A stretch of DNA of 64,000 nt from Thermodesulfobacteriota bacterium (GTDB lineage: Bacteria > Desulfobacterota_D > UBA1144 > Nemesobacterales > JAJCZQ01), in the NCBI GenBank assembly GCA_965215275.1, contig OZ244044.1:1216001-1280000 (forward strand), given 5' to 3'. The notes beneath the pieces were generated by a model. That model saw nothing but the letters and a program-made list of their open reading frames with translations. It did no database searches and was not told where the DNA came from. Positions 30,844 to 41,103 of the stretch are shown here, in pieces. Positions within the stretch are counted from its first letter, which is position 1. Each line of letters begins with the position of its first letter. Position numbers and translations under genes: made by a program.

Positions 30844-32538
30844 TCAAGTCTCCTTGTACTCAGGTCCACCTCCTCCCTCGGGAGGTAAAAGCCTACCGCC
30901 TTTTGACGTAATTGCCCCACACTGGACACAGTTCGAAGGGTCGGTCCTGATAACCTTTTTGCCTTCGTGTTCATCCCACTCGTATACCTGAGCCGGACAC
31001 ATGTTTATCCAAGTTTCACCAATGACCTCCGGAACCTCTTTAACTATACGGATATGGTCAGGCTGATTGTCACGGGTCCTGTTTCCACTTTCGTAAACGC
31101 TGGTCAATTTATCAAAAGTGAGCTTTCCGTCAGGTTTGAGATATGAGGTATCGTTACTGATGAACATCTCTTTTTCATAATCGTGATGAGAACCAAGCCT
31201 GCCGCCGGGAAAAAGTCCTTTGGTCAGGGTCATCAACCCTGCCAGAACAAAACCCTTCAGAAAACCTCCCTGGAACGCCTGTCTCATGTTCCTGACGCTG
31301 TATAGGTCCTTCCAGATAAAACTGCTCCTCAAAGTTTCATCGTAACTATCAAGAGAACCGGCTTCCAACAGTGGTTTATTCCCTTTAAGGGAATTAAATA
31401 TGCTCTCGGCAGCCATGATACCGGACATCATGGCATAATGAATGCCCTTGAGCGCAGGAACGTTCACAAGTCCTGCTGAATCACCTATTATAACAGCTCC
31501 CGGTACGCTCAATTTTTCTGGTACTGCGTAATAACCACCTTCCGGGATCGTCTTTGCTCCCCATCCATTATCCGCTCTTTTTCCGCCTTTAAGTATATTC
31601 CTGACCAAAGGATGCGTTTTAAGGCGCTGAAGCAGATCGTGAACCGAGAGTTTTGCATCCGCGTAATCCAAACCAACCACAAGACCTAATGAAACTTTAT
31701 CGTCGCCCATGGGATAAATGAAACTGCCACCGAACTCTCCGTATTTATTTGATCCGCGAAGGGGCCAACCCATTGTATGAATAACTTTATCAAGTGGTTT
31801 TTCTACCTCCCATATCTCTTTAACGCCTAGTGCATATATTTGTGGATTTGCCCTTTTTAAATCGTAATGGTCTATCAATGCCATGGATAAATGCCCGGTG
31901 GTTCCTTCCCCTAAAACCGTTGCTTTCGCCAGAATATCAGTACCGGGCTGATAGTTGCCCATCTTCCCGTTATCCTTGTCCAGTCCCTTATCATCGGTTT
32001 TAACACCTCTGACCGTTCCATCTTCAATTATAAGTTTATTGCCCGCCATCTCGTTAAATATCATTACACCTGCTTCTTCCGCTTTCTGTCCCAGCCACTC
32101 ACCAACCTTACTTATTGAGGCAACATAGTTCCCCTTGTTGTGCATTGTAGGAGGAGTTGGCAGACCGTATGAACCTTTTTCGGTCAGGAAGTAAACAGCT
32201 TCACCTTTAACGGATTGAAAAAAGGGAAAATCACTCTCTTTCATATCTGGAAAAAGGGTCTTGAACCCTATAGGGTTAATAACTGCGCCTGAGAGCAGAT
32301 GTGCCCCGGGATATTTTCCTTTTTCAATTATGGCAATGGGTATTTCACCAAGGGATTCCATCAATTCGGGTTCTTCTGAAAGAAGCTGGCTCAGCCTGAT
32401 AGCCCCGGCAAGGCTTGCCGGTCCCGCGCCAACGAACAACACTCCAACTTCCACACAATTATCAGGGTCGTTACTCGCTCCCGTTATAAATTCATCTTTT
32501 TCAACAGGTGGTCTAAATTCTGCTAGATTGTTTGACAT
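30844..32538 (-). CDS. Electron transfer flavoprotein-quinone oxidoreductase
   Basis: VGAGPASLA, LSGAV, TIPEGG, GDSAG, KGIHYAM, C-terminal Fe-S (CPAQVY, NCVQC). Start moved to MSNNL, which has an SD. Confidence 0.9.
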   Translation of the reverse strand: MSNNLAEFRPPVEKDEFITGASNDPDNCVEVGVLFVGAGPASLAGAIRLSQLLSEEPELMESLGEIPIAIIEKGKYPGAHLLSGAVINPIGFKTLFPDMKESDFPFFQSVKGEAVYFLTEKGSYGLPTPPTMHNKGNYVASISKVGEWLGQKAEEAGVMIFNEMAGNKLIIEDGTVRGVKTDDKGLDKDNGKMGNYQPGTDILAKATVLGEGTTGHLSMALIDHYDLKRANPQIYALGVKEIWEVEKPLDKVIHTMGWPLRGSNKYGEFGGSFIYPMGDDKVSLGLVVGLDYADAKLSVHDLLQRLKTHPLVRNILKGGKRADNGWGAKTIPEGGYYAVPEKLSVPGAVIIGDSAGLVNVPALKGIHYAMMSGIMAAESIFNSLKGNKPLLEAGSLDSYDETLRSSFIWKDLYSVRNMRQAFQGGFLKGFVLAGLMTLTKGLFPGGRLGSHHDYEKEMFISNDTSYLKPDGKLTFDKLTSVYESGNRTRDNQPDHIRIVKEVPEVIGETWINMCPAQVYEWDEHEGKKVIRTDPSNCVQCGAITSKGGRLLPPEGGGGPEYKET

Positions 32539-32714
32539 ATGGATTATCTCCCTAAACTTAAAAAAGATAAGCGTTTCTGCTGGTATCCTATGACTTGATA
32601 TGCTAAACAAAATACAGCAAAAGTCAAGTCAAAGGATACTGTATGCTGGGTATCGCAGCACTACCCCTCTTGACAAGCAATCTACAAATGTTAAATTCTT
32701 GATATAGAAATGTA

Positions 32715-33704
32715 TTGATTGGAAATGTTATGAGAAAAAATAGAATAAGAAAATTATCAGATTACGTTCTAGCGAAGAAAGAAGGTAAAGATAATCAAAG
32801 GAAATTTAGACGTTTTGAATATAGTGGAAGAGGAGTTAAAAATCTTACTACATCGTTAAATAATGCTGGGGATTATATTAAATCAAAAAACGTTGTTCAG
32901 CTACTAAGCAATCGTCAACTACTTAAACTTACCGAGAAGGTAGTGAAATCAGTTCCTACTAAATTTGACCAAGCGATGGATGCTATCTACCTGCAGACAA
33001 GAATCGGTGGCGGTAATCACAGATTGTTTGATGGTAGACATACTTTGTCAGGAGCATGGAAAAGTGCTTTTAGTATACAAGGCTGTACTAACTCCGAAAA
33101 AGCTATTGGGTTTTTAAAGAGTTTTATAAAGGACCTGTCAACTCCTAAAGGAATGCCGTTTGTTACTATACAACCCAAAACTTATGACAGTATATCTAAT
33201 ACATTAACAAAGATACCTGGCGTAGACAGAAGGTATGTTTACGATCTGTTAAGCTACAATGTGTTAAAGGTTGCGTCAGTTTCAATAGGTTTAGCAGCTA
33301 TACTGTATCACCTTAATCAACAAAATTACGATCAGTTAGGTGAAATATTAGGTAGTATAGGTATCGTAGCTGTTGCAAGTGCTAATCTGCTTCTCGGAAT
33401 TATAGCAATAGCTTTTACAGCTTATGTTATAAAAACCGGAACATTAAAAACAAATTCGGTAATTAAAGGAGCTTCTATAACTACATTAGGGTTCGCACTA
33501 TTTAGTATGATGTCTGCTCCTGTCCTGATAAAACTTACAGTGGTTATGACCACTTTGGCAATAGCTGACAAATATGGAACTGAAGATAATATAAATAAGA
33601 TGACAGCATTAAAAGATCAGTTAAAAGGTATACTAAAAAACAACATCAAAAAAATACACTTTCTATCAATTCCAACAAGATTTTCCAGACAGTGCTTGTC
33701 TTGA
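32715..33704 (+). CDS. AT-rich hypothetical membrane protein
   Basis: 329-aa ORF (ATG at 32730 likely), hydrophobic C-terminal half, TTGACA promoter-like element at 32670. Confidence 0.75.
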   Translation: MIGNVMRKNRIRKLSDYVLAKKEGKDNQRKFRRFEYSGRGVKNLTTSLNNAGDYIKSKNVVQLLSNRQLLKLTEKVVKSVPTKFDQAMDAIYLQTRIGGGNHRLFDGRHTLSGAWKSAFSIQGCTNSEKAIGFLKSFIKDLSTPKGMPFVTIQPKTYDSISNTLTKIPGVDRRYVYDLLSYNVLKVASVSIGLAAILYHLNQQNYDQLGEILGSIGIVAVASANLLLGIIAIAFTAYVIKTGTLKTNSVIKGASITTLGFALFSMMSAPVLIKLTVVMTTLAIADKYGTEDNINKMTALKDQLKGILKNNIKKIHFLSIPTRFSRQCLS

Positions 33705-33782
33705 GAATATTAGCTATGAAGTAATTTATAAAAGTGCTCTTATAAAAACCGTAGCCTTAAATAGCAATCCTTAAACACTGTT

Positions 33783-34316
33783 TCACCCCAATATCTCTTT
33801 AATACTTTTTCGTTGTGTTCTTTCTTCTTTTGCAACGGCTTCTTCCGTGGGTTTACCGACCGCTACAGCAGCAAGGATCTCATATTCCTCTTCGTTTACA
33901 CCTAATACCTTATAAGCCTGCTCTACGTCAAATCCTGCCATTGCGTGTGCACTGAACCCCATGGCATGTGCCTGAAGGGCCATGGACATCCATGCGGCAC
34001 CGGCATCAAATGCGTAATTTCTGTTGTTTTTTCCAGTTTTTACAAAGGTTTTTTTAGAAGCAATGAAACAGAGAAAACCTGCATTTTTTACCCAAGCTTG
34101 ATTTCCTTCAGCAAGCAGTAAGAAATATTCCTGTTTCTGCCGTTCTGTCCTGCCGTAATAAAACCTCCAGGGCTGTTCATTGAAACACGAAGGGGACCAG
34201 CGTGCTGCCTCAAAGAGCACTTCTATCTGATCCTGGGTCAATTTTGTGCCATCGTAGGCACGACTGCTCCACCGGTCTATAAACTGGCTTGCTACACTTT
34301 TATTCGTGCTTCTCAA
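33783..34316 (-). CDS. Nitroreductase family protein
   Basis: RWSSRAY, AARWSPSCFNEQPW, DAGAAW. Confidence 0.92.
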   Translation of the reverse strand: MRSTNKSVASQFIDRWSSRAYDGTKLTQDQIEVLFEAARWSPSCFNEQPWRFYYGRTERQKQEYFLLLAEGNQAWVKNAGFLCFIASKKTFVKTGKNNRNYAFDAGAAWMSMALQAHAMGFSAHAMAGFDVEQAYKVLGVNEEEYEILAAVAVGKPTEEAVAKEERTQRKSIKEILG

Positions 34317-34317
34317 C

Positions 34318-35868
34318 TTAAATTCCTCTCGAACTGGAAGACCTGGGGTTTTTTCTTCTCCAGCGAAGTTTGTTCAGAGCGTTAATATAAGCCTTGGCAC
34401 TGGCAACAACAATATCTGTATCTGAACCATGTCCCCGGGAAATAATACCTTTATCCTCGTCGATGACCCTCACTGACACTTCTCCCTGAGCATCTGTACC
34501 ACCAGTTATTGCAGAAACGGAATATTTTTCAAGTTTAGGGTATTCACCAGTTGCCTTTTTGATCGCCTTGCATATTGCATCAACCGGTCCGCCCCCTGTC
34601 TCAGAAGCAACGACTTCACTGCCGTCAATACTGATCTTGACGGTAGCCGTCGGGGACATACCCGTTCCACCCGCAAAATTTACCGTTATGAGTTTGTAGT
34701 AGTCCGATGAACGCAGAAACTCCTCGTTTATCAGTGCCTCTATATCTTCGTCAAAAACGTACTTTTTCTTGTCTGCCAGATCTTTGAATTTCTTAAAGGC
34801 TATCTCTGTATCCTCATCACTTAAAAAATATCCATACTCTTCAACCCTGTTTTTAAAGGCGTGTCTGCCCGAATGTTTGCCCAGAACGATCTTGTTCGAT
34901 GGAATACCAACCTCGCTAGGTTTCATTATTTCATAAGTTTCCGTATGTTTAAGCACGCCGTCCTGGTGAATGCCCGCCTCATGAGCGAAGGCGTTTGCCC
35001 CTACAATTGCCTTGTTAGGCTGTACGTTCACACCGGTAACCTGAGAAACAAGTCTACTGGTGGAATAGATATTCTTCGTGTTTATTCCAGTAGTATAAGG
35101 ATGAATATCGTTCCTTGTTTTAAGGGCCATGACTATTTCCTCAAGCGACGAATTACCAGCTCTCTCCCCCAGTCCGTTGATAGTACATTCAACTTGCCTT
35201 GCACCTTCTTTTATTGCCGCAAGTGAATTTGCCACCGCAAGTCCCAGATCATTGTGACAGTGAACGCTCAGCACCACGTTGTCCAACCCGGCTACCCTGT
35301 CCTTCAACGTTTTTATAATAAAGGCAAACTCTCCGGGGGTTGTGTATCCAACGGTGTCCGGAATATTTATGGTCGTGGCGCCGGATTTAACGGCAATGTC
35401 AACTGTTTTACACAGGTAATCTATATCGGTCCTTGTGGCGTCTTCACAGGAAAATTCCACGTTATCCGTATAGTTTTTTGCATGCTTGACCGCACCGCTT
35501 ATCATTTCAAGCACTTCTTCTCTCGATTTTCTGAGCTTGTGCTTTAAATGTATGTCAGACGTGGCAATAAACGTGTGGATCCTCGGGTTCGCGGAATGCT
35601 TAACTGCTTCCCATCCGCGGTCTATGTCTTTGAAACTCGCCCTGCACAGGCCCGCTACCTGACAATCTTTTATCTTCTCGGCAATTGTCTTGACTGAAAT
35701 AAAATCTTCCTCTGAAGATATGGGAAAACCAGCTTCAATTATATCAACGCCAAGTTTTTCAAGTTGATAGGCAACCCTCAACTTTTCTTCCATTGTCATA
35801 CTGCAGCCCGGCGCCTGCTCTCCATCCCTTAAAGTCGTGTCAAATATGTTTATATAGTTATTTTTCAA
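34318..35868 (-). CDS. leuA: 2-isopropylmalate synthase
   Basis: DTTLRDGEQ, HCHNDLG, GERAGN, HEAGIHQDG, regulatory domain. Confidence 0.97.
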   Translation of the reverse strand: MKNNYINIFDTTLRDGEQAPGCSMTMEEKLRVAYQLEKLGVDIIEAGFPISSEEDFISVKTIAEKIKDCQVAGLCRASFKDIDRGWEAVKHSANPRIHTFIATSDIHLKHKLRKSREEVLEMISGAVKHAKNYTDNVEFSCEDATRTDIDYLCKTVDIAVKSGATTINIPDTVGYTTPGEFAFIIKTLKDRVAGLDNVVLSVHCHNDLGLAVANSLAAIKEGARQVECTINGLGERAGNSSLEEIVMALKTRNDIHPYTTGINTKNIYSTSRLVSQVTGVNVQPNKAIVGANAFAHEAGIHQDGVLKHTETYEIMKPSEVGIPSNKIVLGKHSGRHAFKNRVEEYGYFLSDEDTEIAFKKFKDLADKKKYVFDEDIEALINEEFLRSSDYYKLITVNFAGGTGMSPTATVKISIDGSEVVASETGGGPVDAICKAIKKATGEYPKLEKYSVSAITGGTDAQGEVSVRVIDEDKGIISRGHGSDTDIVVASAKAYINALNKLRWRRKNPRSSSSRGI

Positions 35869-36069
35869 AAATACATCCTGTTCCGATTTTTGTTTTATAA
35901 CTTATCATCTATCCTTTTATCAATCAACAAATAGTGAATCTGTACTTACAGAATATTATTTTAATTGTTAAGAAATTATTAAAAAATTTTTCTTGACAAG
36001 ACATCTCATATTTTGTTAATCTTGTTTTCAACTTAAAGCCATTTGGTGGGTGGTTTTTGGAGAGGTTAT

Positions 36070-37458
36070 TTGAATAAGAATTCCGGACAAGAGGAGATTC
36101 CCTTCTCTGTCAACTGGTCAGTTGTATTGGAAAAAGTGGGAGAGAAATCCATCCCAGGAGTTATAGACTGGCTCCAACCGCTACAATTAGTAAGTCAAGA
36201 TACGAAATCTATAACATTAGTAGCTGATTCTACTTTTAATAAAAACTGGGTGCTAAACAACTATCTTGACCTTATAAGCAATACTATTGAGGAAATTTAC
36301 AAAAGAGAACTTGAAATTGAGGTCCTTTATTACAAGGAAAATCAAAAAAAGGAAAGCCAAAAAAAATCGACCAAAAATATGCCAAGAGAACAATATTTGG
36401 TTGACCTGACATGTAAGTTAAACCCCACATACTCGTTTGATAAGTTTATTGTCGGACCAAGCAACAAGTTTGCACAAGGAGCATCTTTAGCTGTTGCAAA
36501 GGCTTCACTCCTTAAGAAAAAAAAACAAAACCACAATCCTCTTTTTATCTACGGAGGAGTAGGTCTGGGAAAAACCCATCTGATCAATGCAATTGGTAAT
36601 TATGTAAAACAGGAGAGCAGAGGTGAACTGAACGTTTGCTGTCTCTCGTCTGAGGAATTTACTAATCAGTTCATCAAGGCACTAAAAAACAACTCGATGG
36701 ACGATTTTCGCAACTCTTACAGATATGGATGTGACCTGCTTCTGATAGACGATATTCAGTTCTTTGCCGGGAAAAAAGACACCCAGGAAGTCTTTTTCCA
36801 CACGTTCAATGCACTCTATGAATCTAATAAGAACATAGTATTAACAAGCGACAAACCACCAAGTGAAATGCCAGATTTACAAGACAGGCTCATTTCAAGG
36901 TTTGAGTGGGGTTTAACTGTTGATATTCAACCTCCAGAATTTGAGACCAGAATGGCAATACTATCGCAGAAAGCGGAATCAGAAAGCGTTACATTCCCAG
37001 ACGACGCCAAAATGTTCCTGGCACAACATATAGAGTCAAACGTCAGGAAACTGGAAGGTATGTTTAACAAATTGGTGGAAATTTCAAAACAAGAAAAAGA
37101 AGAGATCGATATAGAACTGGTAAAACAGGTAATAGGAGTAATAAAAAGAGATAATAAAGTAACCAAAATTGAAATTATTTTAAAAGAGGTAGCGGGCTAT
37201 TTTGACTTGAAAATATCAGACCTGAAATCGAAGTCGAAACTCAGAAATATTGCAGTTCCAAGACAAATAGCCATGTATTTATCACGAAAATACACCGTTT
37301 ATACTTTTGAAGAAATAGGAGAAAAACTTGGAGGAAGGGACCACTCGACCATATCACACGGATTCAATAGAATAGAGACAAGAATTGATGAAGACGATCA
37401 ATTAATTAAAAAACCTATAAAAGAACTGGTTAAAAAAATAGAAGGTAAAATTACCTGA
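36070..37458 (+). CDS. dnaA: Chromosomal replication initiator DnaA
   Basis: NPLFIYGGVGLGKTHL, LLIDDIQF, RFEWGL, GGRDHSTI. TTG start at 36070 follows a GGAGAGG SD. Confidence 0.97.
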   Translation: MNKNSGQEEIPFSVNWSVVLEKVGEKSIPGVIDWLQPLQLVSQDTKSITLVADSTFNKNWVLNNYLDLISNTIEEIYKRELEIEVLYYKENQKKESQKKSTKNMPREQYLVDLTCKLNPTYSFDKFIVGPSNKFAQGASLAVAKASLLKKKKQNHNPLFIYGGVGLGKTHLINAIGNYVKQESRGELNVCCLSSEEFTNQFIKALKNNSMDDFRNSYRYGCDLLLIDDIQFFAGKKDTQEVFFHTFNALYESNKNIVLTSDKPPSEMPDLQDRLISRFEWGLTVDIQPPEFETRMAILSQKAESESVTFPDDAKMFLAQHIESNVRKLEGMFNKLVEISKQEKEEIDIELVKQVIGVIKRDNKVTKIEIILKEVAGYFDLKISDLKSKSKLRNIAVPRQIAMYLSRKYTVYTFEEIGEKLGGRDHSTISHGFNRIETRIDEDDQLIKKPIKELVKKIEGKIT

Positions 37459-37700
37459 ATTTTTTGTGGAAAAACTTGTTATTAATATGTGAGTAGTTTA
37501 TGATATTCAGAAGTTTTTATTTCCCATGTTGATACAATGTATATTAAAACAAAAAACTATTAACAGTAAAAAATCAGTAACAGAAAAGGAAAAAGTGACT
37601 TATTCACAAATTCACAATCCTTATTATTACTATTATTAAAATAAAACTATTTATATATTAATAACAACAAGGAATAAAAGATGAAATTTTCTGTGGAAAA
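37459..37700. other. Probable oriC (DnaA boxes and DnaA-trios)
   Basis: TTTTCCACA on the minus strand at 37465-37473 and 37692-37700; tandem TTATTCACA/AATTCACA at 37600-37616; then TAT TAT TAC TAT TAT TAA at 37622-37639 and an AT-rich tract. Confidence 0.85.
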
Positions 37701-38832
37701 ACAAGTATTTTTGGAAAAAATAGCATTGGTGTACGGCATTGCAGAGAAAAAGACTACGATGCCTATTCTTTCCACCCTGCTTTTAACGAGTTCAAAAGAC
37801 CAGGTAAAAATTACTGCTACTGATCTTGAAACCACTATAAGTACCTGGATGGATGCTGAAGTTGAAAAAGAATCCAGCATTGCGGTCCCTGCACATACTT
37901 TATTTGATATTGTGAAGGGCCCACAGATCCCGCCAAATGGAAATATTACAGTTGAAGAGATAGGGAACAGCTGGGTCCATCTGGTAACTGATAGCGGTGG
38001 AGATTATAAAATAACCGGACTGCCTGCGTCTGATTATCCTGATATTCCTGACGTTTCCAAGAGCGGTTTGTTTGAGATTGACCCTGATTTACTGGAAGAT
38101 ATGATCTCTAAAACGATCTATTGTGTTTCTTCTGACGATATGAGAAGGAATCTTTCCGGGATCTGTTTTGAAAAAAGCGGAGAGAACAACTTGAGGTTAG
38201 TAGCAACAGATGGACACAGATTGAGCAGGATAGAAAAAACCCTTTCTGCCAATATAAGTATAAGTACGGTGCTCGTTCCAAGGAAGGGTTTATCGGAACT
38301 CATAAAGGTGCTGAAGAGTATAAGTTCAAAGAAACAGGAAAATAAAGATACTTCCACTCAAGGTGATACTGTTCAGATAGGGTGTGAGAAAAAATTCTTT
38401 GTGGTAGCGGGAGAGGATGTGCTTCTTTTTTCCAGACTGATAGACGCAGAGTTTCCCGACTACAAACAGGTTATCCCTGACGAAACGGAATTTGAAGTAG
38501 AGGTCGACAGGATTTCGCTTCTGAACTCGTTAAAAGGAGTAGGTGTATTATCTTCCGAGAGAACAAGGAATATGAAAACAATATTTGATGATAATGTTCT
38601 GACCATTGCTTCTTCATCACCTGAAGTTGGAGAAGGAAAAGAGACCATTCAGGTTAATTATACGGGTTCTCGGAAGGAAATAGGTTTTAGCGGAAGTTAT
38701 TTGGTAGACTGCCTTTCTGCCATTGACCAAGACAAAGTCTTTATCAGGTTCACGGACGAGCTTAGTCCTGTGTTGTTGAAACCCAAAGACAAAGATGACT
38801 ATCTTTGCATTGTGATGCCAATGCGAATTTAA
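37681..38832 (+). CDS. dnaN: DNA polymerase III beta clamp
   Basis: ATDLE, VATDGHRL, FPDYKQVIP, VMPMRI. Confidence 0.97.
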   Translation: MKFSVEKQVFLEKIALVYGIAEKKTTMPILSTLLLTSSKDQVKITATDLETTISTWMDAEVEKESSIAVPAHTLFDIVKGPQIPPNGNITVEEIGNSWVHLVTDSGGDYKITGLPASDYPDIPDVSKSGLFEIDPDLLEDMISKTIYCVSSDDMRRNLSGICFEKSGENNLRLVATDGHRLSRIEKTLSANISISTVLVPRKGLSELIKVLKSISSKKQENKDTSTQGDTVQIGCEKKFFVVAGEDVLLFSRLIDAEFPDYKQVIPDETEFEVEVDRISLLNSLKGVGVLSSERTRNMKTIFDDNVLTIASSSPEVGEGKETIQVNYTGSRKEIGFSGSYLVDCLSAIDQDKVFIRFTDELSPVLLKPKDKDDYLCIVMPMRI

Positions 38833-39002
38833 ATGTTTCTTTTAAGTTCAACGCTATTTGTTTTCTGCTTGACGTACTTTCTGTTCCTGTCCACTTGAGA
38901 CACCTCTGTCTATAACCATTTTCTGCCTGTGCTCTTGTATGACTTGACTTTTAAGAAGAGCTTTTATAAATTAAACAAAAAATTAAGTTGTTTACTTAAA
39001 AT

Positions 39003-40490
39003 ATGCTTGGAAAGTTCGTAGGAATAGATCTTAACAACAATAACGCAAGGGTCTGCGTGGTGGACAGGTCTTTTACGGGTGACAGGATAAAGACGAAGGA
39101 GTCCGTGTCCTTTCAGCTGGGGACCGGTGATAGTAAAAATGGAAAACATGGGGTGGCCTATTCGGTTTTGAGTAAATTTAACGTACCCAGTTACAACATA
39201 TGTACGGCTATCGCAGCTCCTGCAATATCCCTGAAGGTACTCAGGTTCCCATTTAAAGATTCCAACAAAGTAAGGCAGACCTATAAGTTCGAACTTGATA
39301 ACGAAACTGTATATGACCCTGATGAAAAGATTAATTCGTACCACCTGGTAAAAAGGGATGATTATTCAGAAGCGCTTGTTTCAATGTTCGAGAAGTCCGA
39401 CGTCAGATCGTTTCTTGACCTTATGGACGGGTATGGAATTGACCCGAAGTTCATAACGTATGCTCCAGCTGCTTTTAGTTCGTTGAACGGTCAGCTTTCC
39501 AACGAAAGGCCGTTTTTACTGGTGGATGTGACCTGTAGCGATATAAATTTCATACTTTTTGACGAGAAAGGTGTCAGGAGGGTCAGGTCGTCAAGGGAAC
39601 CCTTTTCAGATTTTGTGAACGGACTTGGAATTAAAAGCGGAGACGATTTTACCTTCACAGGTCTTTCCGGCACGGACATAGAAAAGGAGAAATTTAACCC
39701 GCTCGTTAAAGAAACTGTCAGAACGATGCGTTTTTTTGAAAAGGAACTGAGAGACGAGATTAAATCAGTTGTTCTTACCGGGGAGCTGTGCCTGCTCAAT
39801 GGTGTGGAAAATATATTTAAGGAAGGCCTGAACAGACCGGTCAGCAAGATATTCATTCCAGACCTTGGTGAAGAGGACTCACCGATTTTTGCAAGGGCAT
39901 ATGCGATCGCCTTGTACGGGGCCCATTCCAATCAGGACAGTATAAATCTCAGGATCAATGAATTTGAGTTTAAAAGTAAAAGCCTGGATATAAGAAAGAA
40001 TTTCCTTGTTCCAATACTGCTTCTTGCGGTTTTTCTAACGCTGACCTTTTACAGGTCGGGGTCCAACGCTATAACTTCAGGGAACAACGTTAAAATACTG
40101 AAAAAAGAACTTCAAAAAGAGGTAAAGGAAGTATTTCCGAACATACCGTCCGTTATACCTGACCCGGTTTCCTTTATGCAGTATGAAGTGGTAAAGGTGC
40201 GAGATAAGATCAGTTTGATAGAAGAGGTTAAAGGTGGTTCTACTCCCTTGGACGTAATAAGGAACATAACGTCGATCTTTTCGTCCAATCTGTATACAAG
40301 GGTCGATGAGATCAGGTTTGAATCTGAAAAGCGGGTAAAGCTCTGGGGCAGGTGTAATTCTTATAAGGACATTGCAAAAGTAGAGAAAGTATTATCCGAG
40401 TCCAGTAAGTTCACGAAAGTCAAAAGAGAACAGGTCAGTCAATCAACTGACAATACCGTTAAGTTTATCATGTCAATGGTGGTGAATTAG
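39003..40490 (+). CDS. gspL: Type II secretion protein GspL-like (actin-like domain, TM, periplasmic domain)
   Basis: VGIDL N-terminus, INLR before the TM, PilN-like C-terminus; first of an L-M-N triplet. Confidence 0.7.
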   Translation: MLGKFVGIDLNNNNARVCVVDRSFTGDRIKTKESVSFQLGTGDSKNGKHGVAYSVLSKFNVPSYNICTAIAAPAISLKVLRFPFKDSNKVRQTYKFELDNETVYDPDEKINSYHLVKRDDYSEALVSMFEKSDVRSFLDLMDGYGIDPKFITYAPAAFSSLNGQLSNERPFLLVDVTCSDINFILFDEKGVRRVRSSREPFSDFVNGLGIKSGDDFTFTGLSGTDIEKEKFNPLVKETVRTMRFFEKELRDEIKSVVLTGELCLLNGVENIFKEGLNRPVSKIFIPDLGEEDSPIFARAYAIALYGAHSNQDSINLRINEFEFKSKSLDIRKNFLVPILLLAVFLTLTFYRSGSNAITSGNNVKILKKELQKEVKEVFPNIPSVIPDPVSFMQYEVVKVRDKISLIEEVKGGSTPLDVIRNITSIFSSNLYTRVDEIRFESEKRVKLWGRCNSYKDIAKVEKVLSESSKFTKVKREQVSQSTDNTVKFIMSMVVN

Positions 40491-41102
40491 TTGGAGATAG
40501 ATCATATATATTCAAAGGTCAAAGAGCTGAAACTGCAGCTTCAGCCTCGGATCAAAAAACTGACGGATTACATAAACAGTTCTCAAAGAGACAAAAAAAC
40601 GGTCTATATTGTTTTGGCCGTTGTTTTTCTCCTTGTTCTGATAGTTTTTTATAATGTATTTGCGGGAAATTCCGAGAAGCATCAGAGGCAGATATCTGCT
40701 CTGGAGGGAAATCTCGTGAAGGTCAGGTCGCTTGCAGGCGAATACAGGCAGAAAAAGCGTCAGCTGGAGCAGCTGAGCGGAGCTATAAAAAAAGAGGACG
40801 AATCGCTGATATCAGTTATTGAGAAGATATTTATAGACAATGGGATCAGGCGGAACAGGTTTTCGATCAAGGACAGCAAGCTGGACGAAAGCTACTCGTA
40901 TGAACTGTCCGGTGAAGCCACCGTTCAGGTGGAACTTAAGGAAGTCCCGTTTAAAAGGGTTATAGACGTACTTTACTCCATTCAGAGCAGGGACAGTTTT
41001 TTAAAGGTCTCAAACCTCAGGATCAGAACCAAGTTCAACAACTCCGAGATGGTTGACGTTTCTTTCAAGCTGTCAACTTTCGAAATAGCACAGGATATGT
41101 GA
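40491..41102 (+). CDS. gspM: Type II secretion protein GspM-like
   Basis: SQRDK-TM-coiled coil-ferredoxin-like C-terminus; gene context. Confidence 0.65.
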   Translation: MEIDHIYSKVKELKLQLQPRIKKLTDYINSSQRDKKTVYIVLAVVFLLVLIVFYNVFAGNSEKHQRQISALEGNLVKVRSLAGEYRQKKRQLEQLSGAIKKEDESLISVIEKIFIDNGIRRNRFSIKDSKLDESYSYELSGEATVQVELKEVPFKRVIDVLYSIQSRDSFLKVSNLRIRTKFNNSEMVDVSFKLSTFEIAQDM

Positions 41103-41103
41103 A

